Positions 32,886 to 44,220 of a stretch of 64,000 nucleotides of DNA are shown here, piece by piece. Made by a program: the position numbers and the translations under genes. Position 1 is the stretch's first letter. Every line of letters starts with the position of its first letter. Origin of the DNA: Azolla caroliniana (Eukaryota > Plantae > Polypodiophyta); NCBI GenBank assembly GCA_043228905.1, contig JBHGNT010000021.1:2852001-2916000 (forward strand), given 5' to 3'. Below the pieces are notes generated by a model, which saw only the letters and a list, made by a program, of their open reading frames with translations, was not told the origin of the DNA and searched no databases.

Positions 32886-35708
32886 TCATGACACTATCCC
32901 CCTTCTTCGATGACACGTCTCACGGGTCGTAGGGTTTGTATTAGGACCTGGTTTACAAGGATATTGGCGATGAAATGCATTGACGAGTTCTGCAACATTG
33001 GAAAGATTTGCGGCAGGTTCCCAAGTTCGATCATTGGGGGTATAACCTAGCCAATGGCGATGAAATGCATTGACGAGTTCTACAGCATTGGAAAGATTTG
33101 CGGTAGGTTCCCAAGTTCGATCATTGGGGGTATAACCTAGCCAATCGACTAAGTAATATAGCTTGTTGCGCACGATTCTAATCAAATTCAGGCCCGTCCA
33201 AGAACTCAACAGGTGGTGGGGGTGTCGTAAGTCGGCCCGGAATTGAACTTGTAGTATAAGGTTCCAAAAGGGATACATGAAACACCGGATGAAGATGCAT
33301 GTGCAGAGGGAGGTCAAGACGAAACGAAATGCAACATCACTAATCTTACCAGTGATCATGTAAGGGCCAAAACGTTGGTAATCCAATTTACTGCAAGGTC
33401 GAGTGGTCTTGATGTTGTGTTGGAGAAGCCATACATGATCCCCAATGCGAAACTTTTTTGAGGAGTCTAGACGATGACGATCGGCAAGCCTCTTGTGTGT
33501 AAATTGAGCATCGTGCAAATTGTGGAGAATGTTAGCTTGAATTTCTTGGAGGCGACTAAGACGATCCTCGGCAGCAGGGTTGGTAGGAACTTCTGGATGT
33601 GCATTCATCGTCCACCGAGGATGACAACCCGTATTTGCGAAAAATGGGGAATATCCTATAGAAGAATGGGCTGAGTTGTTGTAAGCGAATTCGGCCAAGT
33701 GCAAAAAAGCAACCCAATCATCTTGTTGATAGTTGATGAAACAACGAAGATATTGTTCCAATGTCTTGTTGGTACGCTCTGTTTGGCCATTTGTTTTAGG
33801 ATGATAGCCCGAAGAAAGCTTAACTGAAATGTGGAGAAGTTTGAACAGGTGCTTCCAAAACTTTGAGATGAATTGTGGACCACGATCACTAATAATATCA
33901 TCCGGCAGACCATGGTGCTTAAATACCTCCAGCATAACAAGATCAGCCGCCTCTTGACTAGTAATCGACTTTGTACATGGCAAGAAATGTGCCATTTTGG
34001 TAAATCGATCAACCACTGTGAGAATTGCATCAAAACCTTTTGAAACTGGGAGATCAGTAATGAAGTCCAAGGATATAGACTTCCAAGGAGTTTCCGGAAT
34101 GGGAAGTGGTTGTAGTAAGCCATAGGGTCGGTGACGAGGATTCTTTGATCGACAACATATATCACAACTCCGAACATACTCCTCAACAAAATGACAAAGG
34201 CGAGGCCACCAATAGCGTTGAGAAATTAATTCTAGAGTCTTGTGAACTCCAAAATGACCAACCATTGGTGAGTCATGGCAATGTTGCAAAACTTGTAGTT
34301 GTGGGGGACCATCAGGAACATACAATAAATTTTGTCGAAATAGAAAACCACCATGCCAATAGAACTGACAATAGTCATTACGAGGATTTTTCGACCATGA
34401 GCAAGAAGCACGATCCGGGACGATATGATCCAAAACATCCTTGGCGAAATCATCAGTGGCCATATGATCTTGAATGGAATCAAGAAGAGTGGAATTTTCA
34501 AGAGTTGTTATGGCGTTAACTACCATTAATCGTAATCGATTAGGACCCAAAAGGATTTGTTTTTGATGCTCAAATGCAGGTTCCCCTGGACGAAGTTCCA
34601 TATAAGAGCGCCGAGAAAGAGCATCTGCTTTGCCTTGCTGCATCCCAGGGCGATATATGATGATAAAATCGAAGTGAGTCAAAAATTGCGACCACCGGGC
34701 TTGTCGCCAACTCAAGACTCGAGCATTTTGGAAATAAGTCAGGTTCTTATGATCATTGTAGACAATGATCTGCTGAGAAGAACCTTCTAGAAAATGTCGC
34801 CATTGTTGAAATGAATCCACGATTGCAAGAAGCTCTTTGTCATGGATCTCGTAGTTGATCTCTACAGCTTCAAACTTTCGTGAATGAAAGGCAACAAGGT
34901 GTAGTTGTCCATCATCTCCAGTCTGCGAGAGGACACCCCCTAGTGCAAAATCGGATGCATCGGCTTCGAGGATGAAGCGTTTTGTTGGGTCGACATGTGC
35001 TAAAATAGGTGCCGTTGTAAATGCTCGTTTTAAGCTTTCGAATGCCTCGGCTGCATCTGAACTCCATATAAATGGTTGATCTTTATGTGTGAGTTGAGTA
35101 AGCGGAAGCACAACCTTCGAATAATCTTTAATAAATTTTCGATAAAAATTTGCAAACCCGAGAAAACATTGCACATCACACACTGAAAGGGGCGTTTGCC
35201 ACTCTAAAATTGCTTGTACCTTCATGGGGTCCATAGCAATACCATTTGACGATACAACATACCCCAAAAATTCCACTTGATTCTGGCCGAAACTACACTT
35301 TTCTAATTTTGCGTAGAGACCATATTCTCGGAGTCGACGCAATACCTGACGAACATGTTCATCATGCTCCTCTTGGGTCTTTGAGTAGATTAAAATATCA
35401 TCTAGGTAAAGTATAGTGAAGATATCAAGAAAATCTCGAAAAATATCGTTCGCCATATGTTGGAAAACAGCAGGTGCATTCGTGAGACCGAATGGCATCA
35501 CTGTATACTCAAAATGTCCATAGCAAGTGCGGAAAGCTGTCTTCCATTCATCCCCCAGGCGAATCCGAACTAGATTATATGCTCCGCGAAGGTCCAACTT
35601 CGTGAAATATTTTGCACCACTGAGACGTTCCAAAAGATTCGAGATTAATGGTAGAGCATATTTATTCCGGATAGTCACTTTGTTTAGCCCTCGATAATCC
35701 ACGACCAA
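32886..35708 (-). CDS. pol: Chromovirus RT-RNaseH-integrase-chromodomain ORF (disrupted pol)
   Basis: KLDLRGAY, VMPFGLTNAPAVFQ, YLDDILIYS, ADASD, KELLAI, ISDRGPQF, GQTER, FGPY. Upstream stop at 35811 and frameshift scars near the C-terminus. Confidence 0.88.
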   Translation of the reverse strand: MVVDYRGLNKVTIRNKYALPLISNLLERLSGAKYFTKLDLRGAYNLVRIRLGDEWKTAFRTCYGHFEYTVMPFGLTNAPAVFQHMANDIFRDFLDIFTILYLDDILIYSKTQEEHDEHVRQVLRRLREYGLYAKLEKCSFGQNQVEFLGYVVSSNGIAMDPMKVQAILEWQTPLSVCDVQCFLGFANFYRKFIKDYSKVVLPLTQLTHKDQPFIWSSDAAEAFESLKRAFTTAPILAHVDPTKRFILEADASDFALGGVLSQTGDDGQLHLVAFHSRKFEAVEINYEIHDKELLAIVDSFQQWRHFLEGSSQQIIVYNDHKNLTYFQNARVLSWRQARWSQFLTHFDFIIIYRPGMQQGKADALSRRSYMELRPGEPAFEHQKQILLGPNRLRLMVVNAITTLENSTLLDSIQDHMATDDFAKDVLDHIVPDRASCSWSKNPRNDYCQFYWHGGFLFRQNLLYVPDGPPQLQVLQHCHDSPMVGHFGVHKTLELISQRYWWPRLCHFVEEYVRSCDICCRSKNPRHRPYGLLQPLPIPETPWKSISLDFITDLPVSKGFDAILTVVDRFTKMAHFLPCTKSITSQEAADLVMLEVFKHHGLPDDIISDRGPQFISKFWKHLFKLLHISVKLSSGYHPKTNGQTERTNKTLEQYLRCFINYQQDDWVAFLHLAEFAYNNSAHSSIGYSPFFANTGCHPRWTMNAHPEVPTNPAAEDRLSRLQEIQANILHNLHDAQFTHKRLADRHRLDSSKKFRIGDHVWLLQHNIKTTRPCSKLDYQRFGPYMITGKISDVAFRFVLTSLCTCIFIRCFMYPFWNLILQVQFRADLRHPHHLLSSWTGLNLIRIVRNKLYYLVDWLGYTPNDRTWEPTANLSNAVELVNAFHRHWLGYTPNDRTWEPAANLSNVAELVNAFHRQYPCKPGPNTNPTTRETCHRRRGIVS
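32965..33145 (-). repeat. In-frame 90-bp tandem duplication inside the chromodomain
   Basis: WLGYTPNDRTWEP.ANLSN..ELVNAFHR is encoded twice, period 90 bp. Confidence 0.9.
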
Positions 35709-36333
35709 CCAAAGAGTCCCATTCTTCTTCTTAACAAAGAAGATAGGTGCACCAGCAGGGGATCTAGAATGCCGAATGAATCCGTTTGCTAGATTCTCAT
35801 CAATATATTCCTACAAAGTTTCTAGCTCTACAGGGGAGAGATTATAAATTGGGTCCCATGGAGGTTCTTTCCCTGGTTGTAAGTCAATAGGGCAGTCGTA
35901 TGGCCGATGCTCCGGCAATGTATTGGCCTTCACCTTATCAAAGACATCTAAAAACTCCTTGTATTTCTCTGGTAGTTTAATATCCGCCTCACGTGAAGTG
36001 GATGATGGAGTTGCTATTATTGCGAAGACGAACATGGCCTCGTTCCCCCCTTCCTCCCGCAACTGTCGTAAAGAGATGGGCGATAACTCTGGGGATCTAT
36101 TACCACATGTAGGAGAGAGGGATGCAGGGTTTGTGCTTTTTTCCCGGGTCTCCTCAATTGTTCTTTTCATCCAATCAATCTTCGGGTTATGGAGTTCAAA
36201 CCAGGGGAGACCTAGAAATATTGGGTGTTCCGGACTACGAATAATGTTGAAAGAGATTATGCTTGCCAAATTGCCAAGAACTTTCCTAATTGGCTCGGAC
36301 TCCTCGACTATATCTCTTGATGCTATGGGACGT

Positions 36334-37053
36334 TGTCGCGTTGCTACGCGCGTGCGTGGAGAAGGGCGGGACCATGGGGGTCTTGGACTAAGGAGTAGAG
36401 GAGAAGGAATCGGCCATGGAATGAACGCTTTGCTCAAGAAGAAGAAGAATGAACAAAAGATTAGATCGAACAAGAGGAAGATGGAGACAAGATGATCAAC
36501 AAGATATATTAAAACGAAATGAACGATTACAAAATGGTGGCCGCGTAGGCCGCACCAAACGACTACTCGAAACCCTAACCGACGAAGATGAAGATAAAGA
36601 TAAAGATAAAGAAACCCTAACCCTAACGCTCGACCTATGTGGTATACCTCGCACACTCAAAATAGGCAACCCCCACAATGGTGCCTTCTCTCTCCTTTTA
36701 TAGCATAAGGAGGGAAGACCGTTTACAAAAGTGAGACTAAAATATCCCCTTTCATTCAAAGGGGATATTTGCCTTGATTTGGGGAGGGTGAGATTGATGG
36801 CCCTTAACTCCCACCTCCTCACAAACAACTAGGTACCTATGTACCGCATAGTACCTCTCTCTCTCTCTCGCGTGGATGTGCGCACAAGACCACATCACCT
36901 TTATACCTTAGGGATTTTATGGGGGCATTCCTAGCACCATGCACTTTACCCTTATTACTATTACAAATACATTATGTACGTGTGCAACGTTGCACATCGC
37001 TCTTTGGCTCTTGTTGCTCGGGTTTCCGCTTGTGGACGAAAATCTTCACGACA
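36334..37053 (-). mobile_element. Solo LTR of the element-B family inside the chromovirus protease region
   Basis: 720 bp, highly similar to 11298-12018. 4-bp TSD ACGT at 36330-36333 and 37054-37057. Removing it restores the frame VIDGRPIAS. Confidence 0.95.
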
Positions 37054-37322
37054 ACGTCCATCAATGACTCCTACGACTACTGGGCTCGGAAACTTATTCA
37101 AGAGGATGTTTTGTGACAAGGCAAATTCACGATCCATGAAACAAGAGTTGGCTCCAGAATCTAGAAGGGCAGAGGCTAGGACTCGATGACATGCAGATGT
37201 GGTAAGCTCGACTTGTGCTGAAAAAACTCGACTCACTTGATTTGATGAAATGGAACCACGACTAGGAACTAACTCTACATAGCTAGGATGGTCCAGCCAA
37301 ATGACTCCTATTTTGGCCGGAC

Positions 37323-38440
37323 TTACTCGTTTAACACATCCTCTAATTGACTCAAGACATCGAATCTATTCTCATGGCATGGACTATGAGGCTTATTTAT
37401 GTTATTAGAAGTAACAATAGAACTCGATGTAGGGTTTTCATGGGCACTTACTTGGTATACTTGACGCCTAGGTTTATGTGGACAATTTACAGCTATATGT
37501 CCTGGACCGCCACAATACAGGCAGAGGCGATGCGCTCGACGTCGTTGCTTCTCAGCATCTGATAACGGCCCACGACGTTGTGTTGACTCTATTTCCATTG
37601 GAGTTGGGCCATCCCTTGTAATGGGTCTTGTGGAGGCGTTGCGACTACGAAAGCATAAGTCTGCTCAGATTGGCGGCGTAACATTTGTTGGCGCTCAGAA
37701 CGTCGCTCAAATAGGCGATTATCACATCGCACAGCTCGACTAATGGCTTCTGTAAGTGACTGTGGATCTTCAGGGAAAGTAAGAAGAAGATCTTTGACAT
37801 CATTTCTCAAACCTTGACGGAATTGATCCATTAAAGCTGCCTCATCCCAAGGGATATCGCATGCCACGAGACGGAAATCGGCTGCATAAGACGATGCGGG
37901 ACGATCTCCTTGTCGGAGCCTTCGAATCTTGTTTATCGTTGTCCTAGTGTTGTCGGTGTCTCCGAAACTAGCTTGAAACTCTTTAACAAATGCCTCGAAA
38001 TCCTCCAGTAATGGTGATTTCTTCTCAAGAAGTGGTGCGAACCATGCTAACGCCGTACCGCATAGCAAAGTTCCCACTAATCCCACATGAGCAGCATCAG
38101 TTGGATACCGATTGGGATGTAGCTAAATAACTAGATGAACTTGATTCAAAAAGCCTCGAAATAAAGACCTCGTACCATGAAACTTGGCAGGGAGGCTGAT
38201 CTTTGGCTCTCTAGGGGAGTTCTAAGCCCCCGACGCTTGCTCACGTAATGACAATATAGTCGCCTCGAGTTGATGAACCCGTTGTGATAACTCTTCATAT
38301 TGTTGAGCTTTTTCGGCGCTCACGTGTTGTAGATCTCCAAGTAGCCTTTGATTCTCATGCTCTAATGCCACAAATTTATTCGTGAGCATGTCGAGCTCAG
38401 AAAGAACACGCATGTATTCTTGTTTGCTCACGGACTCCAT
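37323..38440 (-). pseudogene. gag: Chromovirus gag with stops and a frameshift
   Basis: ORF pieces 38222-38440, 37589-38086 (LRQG...YAADF...FRQGL) and 37323-37598 (zinc knuckle). Confidence 0.85.
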
Positions 38441-39145
38441 AGCTTACGAGAGGAGAGGAGAAGGAAGAAGAGAACTTGTTAGGATTTGTGGAAGACGAAG
38501 AGATGAAAGTAAGAAAATTGATTCAAACTGTCAAGACTGAGAGAGAGAAAGAGAGAAAAAGAGATAGAAAGAGAATTATTATATTGAAGCGTAAAATGGA
38601 TTACAAAGAGTAGGCTACAAAATGGCGTTGAACCAATTTAGGTTTGGGATGGGTGGTAGATCCTTATTTATAAGTAATAGAGAACACTCTAGAATATTCT
38701 AGGTTATCCTAGAATGTAGAGTAATCTAGAAGATCTCTAGAGTATTCTAGAAGGTTCTAGTGGTATAGAACACTCTAGAATATTCTAGGTCATTCTAGAA
38801 TGTAGAGTAATATAGAATATTCCTATGATATTAGATTTCATATTCTAGAAGCTATACATATAAGAATATTAATACAATGGTTAAGGATTTGACATGTGTA
38901 CAACAAGGTCGTGGGTTCAAATCTTTTCGAGTCATAATGTGAGTGTCATGATCCTTTCGATGCATGATGTGAGTGTTATCATGACAGTATGGCCACTTCG
39001 AGGATGTGCCGATTCTTGTGTTCGGCTACACCATTCTGTTGTAGTGTGTATCGGCAAGTGAATTCTCGTTGAATTCCTTCTTGTCAAAGGTATGCCATGA
39101 ACGTATCAAAGAAGTATTCATTTCCTCCGTATGACCGAAGACATC

Positions 39146-39546
39146 TGTTGAGCGGCAAGCTCAACCGGATCCGGATCGGCTGAATAAGTCTGAGCCGGAT
39201 CGGTGACCCGGTGAGCTGGGGAGCCGGTTAGCTGGATCTATCAGTAAACGGAAGCCTAGTAGCAGCTAGATTACTAGGGAGTTAATAGTCTCGTAGTCAG
39301 TGCCAGATGCTCGAGTGAGCATTGAAGTACACGATACTTCTGTCAGTCCTCTCAAGACTTGTATAAATAGTGTTGTTGAGCACGTTGTATATACAGAGTG
39401 TTGATATAATTTTTTAATCGAGATTATTGTTCTACTCTCTCTTTGTCTCTCCCGAGTATTCTTTGTATTTCTCTCTCCCTCTCTCTCCCTCTCTGCTGCT
39501 ACGCAGTCAAGTTGTTGTCTTACGCTTCCGCACATACGCTTCCACA
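39146..39546 (+). mobile_element. Solo LTR (401 bp) inserted in the copia integrase
   Basis: TGTTG...CCACA termini, 5-bp TSD ACATC on both sides, internal TATAAATAG. Removing it restores the integrase motif VRCLRS. Confidence 0.9.
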
Positions 39547-42500
39547 ACATCGTACATGGAGGTTGGTTGTCTTTTCGACTTCTCTCTTGAAATTTTGGAA
39601 GTGTGAAAACACTTCACTCTTCATCCTCATGGGGAAGATCCATGTGTATCTAGAGAAGTCGTCGATGAAGGTAACATAGTACCGACATCCTCCGAATGTG
39701 GTCGTTTGTGCCAGTCCCCACACATCCGCGTGGACTACGTCCAATAGGCCTTTGCTCACGTTCCTCTCCTTCGGGAATGGGTGTTGATGTTGCTTGCCGA
39801 ATTGGCATGCTTTACATACTCCTTCAATCTCTTTCTCTTTGAAGGTCGGGAGGCCGTAGCCGACTCCTTTTGATTGCATCGCCTTGAGTTTGTTGAGATT
39901 GATATGGTCGATTCTTTTATGTCATAACTCTATGTCGGTGTTGGCTTTGAGGCCCTTTGCAAACATGGCCGATTTTACCTTGTTCGATTCGAGGATAAAC
40001 ATTCGGTCTTCCCTTTGACCACGAGCAATTAGTCGACCTTCCTTCTCAATGAAGCAACCACCTTGGTTGAATTGAACTTGCATCCCTTGCTCCACAACTT
40101 GGCCGACCGAGACCAAATTCTTAGTTATAGTGGGTACATGCAAGACATTTTTGATACACGTTTGTTCACCTTCTTTCCCGACTGGGACATTACTGATACG
40201 CTGAATCGGATGACTGGTGTCATCTTTTGGCTCTCGAAGGTCTTGGAACCATTCTTGATGGGACGTCATATGGTTCAAGGCACCGGAGTTGATGAACCAT
40301 ACATCTTCCGGGCTGGAGGCACTAGTCGAAGTAGAAGCCGGCATAGAATTTGCTCTATGTCTCATGACAAACATTCTACCATGGTCGTCATAGTCGGAGT
40401 TGGTGGCATAATTGGTTAGTTGTCGGCCTATGGAAGCGGACTCACGCTTCTTCTTTCGACACTCTTCTTCGTGGTGACCGATTTTGCTGCAATATCCACA
40501 TTCGATCGAGTTTTGTCGGCTTGGACCTCGATGGAAACTCCCCCTTCTTCCAACCGTTCCTCTTGGGTTTCCAACTTCTTGCTAGTAATGGGAGTTGTTT
40601 TCATAGGTCGGAGCTCATCTGCCTCGTCCTTGGCCGAATCGGCCTCTTCTTGCTCGACCACATCCTCTTCCTCCATCCAAGTGTGTGTAGAGCATGTGGC
40701 CTTCCGAGGCATTGCTATTAGTTCGAACATGATTTTCTTCAACAATAACATTGATTGAAGATCGAAGAAAGAGGGAGAATTCTCCCTCGCTAGAACGGTG
40801 GTTCTCATTGCGCCAAACCGTGGTGTGAGGCCGCCGAGGCATATTTGCACCATCTCGTCATCATCCATATTGACACTTATAGAGCCGAGCGAGTCACAAA
40901 GTTCCTTGATCTTCAAGGTGTAGTTTGTGATGGACATATCCCTTTGTTGGATGTTATTCAACTCTTGGTGGAGTTGAAGCTTTCTTACAGTTGTGTTGGC
41001 CACGGAAATCTTCCTAAGATTCTCCCATGCTTCCTTCGGCGTTTAGGCTTCTCAAATGTAGCCGAGCATGTGGTCATGAACACATGTCGCCGAGCAATAC
41101 ATTACTCGACTCGTTGCTTGCACCCATGTTGAGTAGTCAGCGTCCTTTGGGTCATGTTGATTTTCTTGTGCTCCTTTGATGTAGCTCCAATAACCTTGAC
41201 CGACAAGATATTGGTGCATCTTGTATTCCCTAGATGCAAAGTTGTTTCGGTCCAACTTCTCGCTAGGGAGAGCGCTCCCCATTTGAGTATTCATTCTGTC
41301 GATGTAGATTTCTTTCTTCTTTTCCTTCTCTTTCGAACACAAGCTATGTAGCGGCACTACGATAGCGATGAGCCAAATTTCTTTGAATCGTCGACTTAGA
41401 CACAACACATGAGGATGGGCTAGATCGAGCTACCAAAGCGTTCTGATACCATGTAAAGAATCGATGGTGATTCTATGTAGCGGAATAGGTTAGAGATGTG
41501 TTGTGTGTGTGTGTTTGAGAAGAGGAGAGGAGAGAGACACAAGATAGATTGAAAAATGGGGAATAGAATACTCAAGAAAATGTATATTACAAAGGAGATT
41601 AACCGACCCATTACAAAGTAGGAGGAGTGTGCTTTATATAGTCACCCTCTCTCTTCATTAACTATTGAAGCTCATCGGTCATGGGGAATGTGGAAACTCA
41701 TTAGTTATGTGTTATAGAATATGATTATATGACACATAGTTAATGTGTAGAGAGTAGTGGTGTGACTTTTGACCTTTGAGTGTTCATACACTCTCAAGGG
41801 TGTGTTCATGCACTAGACTAGGTTGAGCTTGATTCTCAACAACCAGTTTATTTTCCTTTTCCTAGTCATTTGGTTCCTTTCTCACTTTATTTTACTTTAT
41901 TTGTTGTTTTTTCTACTTTAAATTAGTAGATGGAGTTTAAGTTGGGTACTTAACTCCCCACCAATTGAGGGAAAAGAGTATATTGTCGATGGGGATAAGG
42001 AATTTGCAAATTCCTTAAGATCTTTGGGGGTAAAAGAAATTTAATTCACTCTAACTTTTTACCCTCCCTTTTTTTGTGCCCAATGGTCTTTTGGAAATTA
42101 CCTCTTAGAAGAGGATTCTTCGAACACTTTACATAAAGGAAATATCCTAAGTGTTATGAGCGAAGGGAACCATGAAGGGAACAAATGAAATCAATTCATG
42201 AAGAGTAATTTACCCAATTGTATTTTCACGAGCCAAATCACTTGATAGAATTACGTGAGTGAGTAGATCTCAAACATAATCCGTGAAACCAATGTACAAG
42301 CATGAACACACTAGGAGATGAAACATGCTAAGAGGATATTTTCTTGAAGCCCTTCATCGAAGGGACTTTATTGAAAGTTTTTCACGAGTAGTTAGATCTC
42401 CTAAGAATGATTCACAAAAGAACCTCACAAAAAGGATACACAAAAACAAACATGCGAGTGTGCTAACACAATCAGTTTACGTGAAAACCCTTCTCCTGAA

Positions 42501-43289
42501 GCTTTGTGGGAAAACTTTTCCCAGATGTGAAATCTTTTCACAATTTTTACGTTTTGACATAAGATATGATAAAGCCCTAAGATAGTATAATATTTGGATT
42601 CAAACCGAGGACCCCATGTCATTACAATATCACAATCTTAATCAATCATGCTACAATGCTATACATTTATGTTTGTATCCCTATATTCACTTTGCAAGCA
42701 CATGCTATGCAAGCTTCTTAACTGGAAGGGGAGTTTTTTTCCTTGACCAGAATATTTTGATGCAAATTGGCAAGCTTTTCTAATTTTGTTATCCCCGCTC
42801 TCACCATACATGACCATCTATGGAGATCTACATACTCACGAGTCATGACCATTATTGATATCTTTCCACTACATGTGCAATCATATACATTCCTAATCGT
42901 ACCATTTCATGAGATATCCCTTAGACATGAATGTTTTGGAAGTGCAACTATGCATTTAGCTAATCATACCAATACAAAGACAACCTTGACACATACATGA
43001 ACATTTACACATTGGTTTTGAAGGTTTTAGTGAATCATATATGGAATGAATGTGGTATTTCTCACTTGGAAGCAAGGATTATAGGGGACTTGTTATGCTT
43101 TTCAGAATATATGCAATCAAGGATAACATAAGTGTTTGGTTTTAAGGAAATACATGTTTAACAATTTTAGTGGTGTTGGTGCTTCTCTATGGTATTAAAA
43201 ACATGTGTCACTAGCATCCCCAACTCCACTTGCAAAGTGTTTGAAACAAATCCAAAAGCGCGAATTCTTATGAAGTTCATGTAGGTCAA

Positions 43290-43730
43290 CATTCAAATGC
43301 CATACATTGATCCCACTTCTTGAGAATCAGGATCCAACTTCTAGTTATGTTAAGCTCCCGATACATACATACATACATACATACGCATATATACATACAT
43401 ATACATTTATCCCATACATTCAAATGCCATACATTGATCCCACTTCTTGAGATCAGGATGCAACTTCTAGTTATGTTAAGCTCCTGATACATACATACAT
43501 ACATACATACGCATATATACATACATATACATTGATCCCATACATTCAAATGCCATACATTGATCCCACTTCTTGAGATCAGGATCCAACTTCTAGTTAT
43601 GTTAAGCTCCCGATACATACATACACACTCATACATACATACATACGCATACATACATACATACGTACATACATACATACATATACGTACGTACGGACGT
43701 ACATACAAATATATACATAGATACGTACGT
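43290..43730. repeat. Three-copy ~126-bp tandem repeat with embedded (CATA)n microsatellites
   Basis: CATTCAAATGCCATACATTGATCCCACTTCTTGAGA.TCAGGAT.CAACTTCTAGTTATGTTAAGCTCC at 43290, 43417 and 43543. Confidence 0.9.
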
Positions 43731-44220
43731 ACATTGGGGCACAGTTGTGGTCGCTGCTGCTCTGCTGCTCTGCTCCTTAGAGATCGACCATTTCGATCTT
43801 CATCACTCCCATGACTCCAATTCCCGAGCCGTACCCTGCGAACGATATCTCCATTGCCTCTGCAGAAATGGGGTAAAGTTGGAGATATTGGTTGAGGCAG
43901 ACAATGTCTGCCTCCTGCAGAATGGAACCTTCGGCAGGAATTATGGATGCACAGCTTCTTGGAAGAGGGTTGTCTCGGGAATTGTCTCGGGAGACATGAG
44001 GGGTATCTGGAGACATACGTATTCCTTGTTCCTGAATCTCCGAAGTTACAGGATGCAGGGAGCCATATATCCAACGCAGAATGAATGATTGTATGGTTGT
44101 GAAAAGAGAATCGAGAGTGGAAAACAAACCTCTCTCTCTTTCTCTCTCTGTGTGTTTCTTTCCCTCTCATTGTTGGGCTCTGCAGTTGGGTGAGCGTCTC
44201 TCTGCTCCATCCTCCCTGTA

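Larger units (their letters stand above)
32436..38986 (-). mobile_element. Ty3/gypsy chromovirus (Tcn1/Tf1-like), full length but mutated
   Basis: 458-bp LTRs 32436-32893 and 38529-38986, 5-bp TSD GTATG, PPT GAAGAAGGGGGATAG. Gag with CLYCGGPGHIAVNC, PR LLDSGA, RT YLDD, RNase H, IN, and chromodomain YLVDWLGY...TWEP. Confidence 0.95.
30935..41841 (-). mobile_element. Decayed, 3'-truncated Ty1/copia element hosting nested insertions
   Basis: 5' LTR 41452-41841 and iMet-type PBS (plus strand TTCTGATACCA, 41441-41451). Broken gag 41.3-40.4 kb, PR (WFINSGA), IN 39.9-39.0 kb and 32.4-32.0 kb, RT ([16 protein letters not shown]) 31.8-30.9 kb. No 3' LTR found. Confidence 0.88.

Noticed and set aside
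42590-42660. tRNA gene on the minus strand (B-box-like GGTTTGAATCC)
   Set aside because: No intact cloverleaf; at most a decayed tRNA-derived SINE head.
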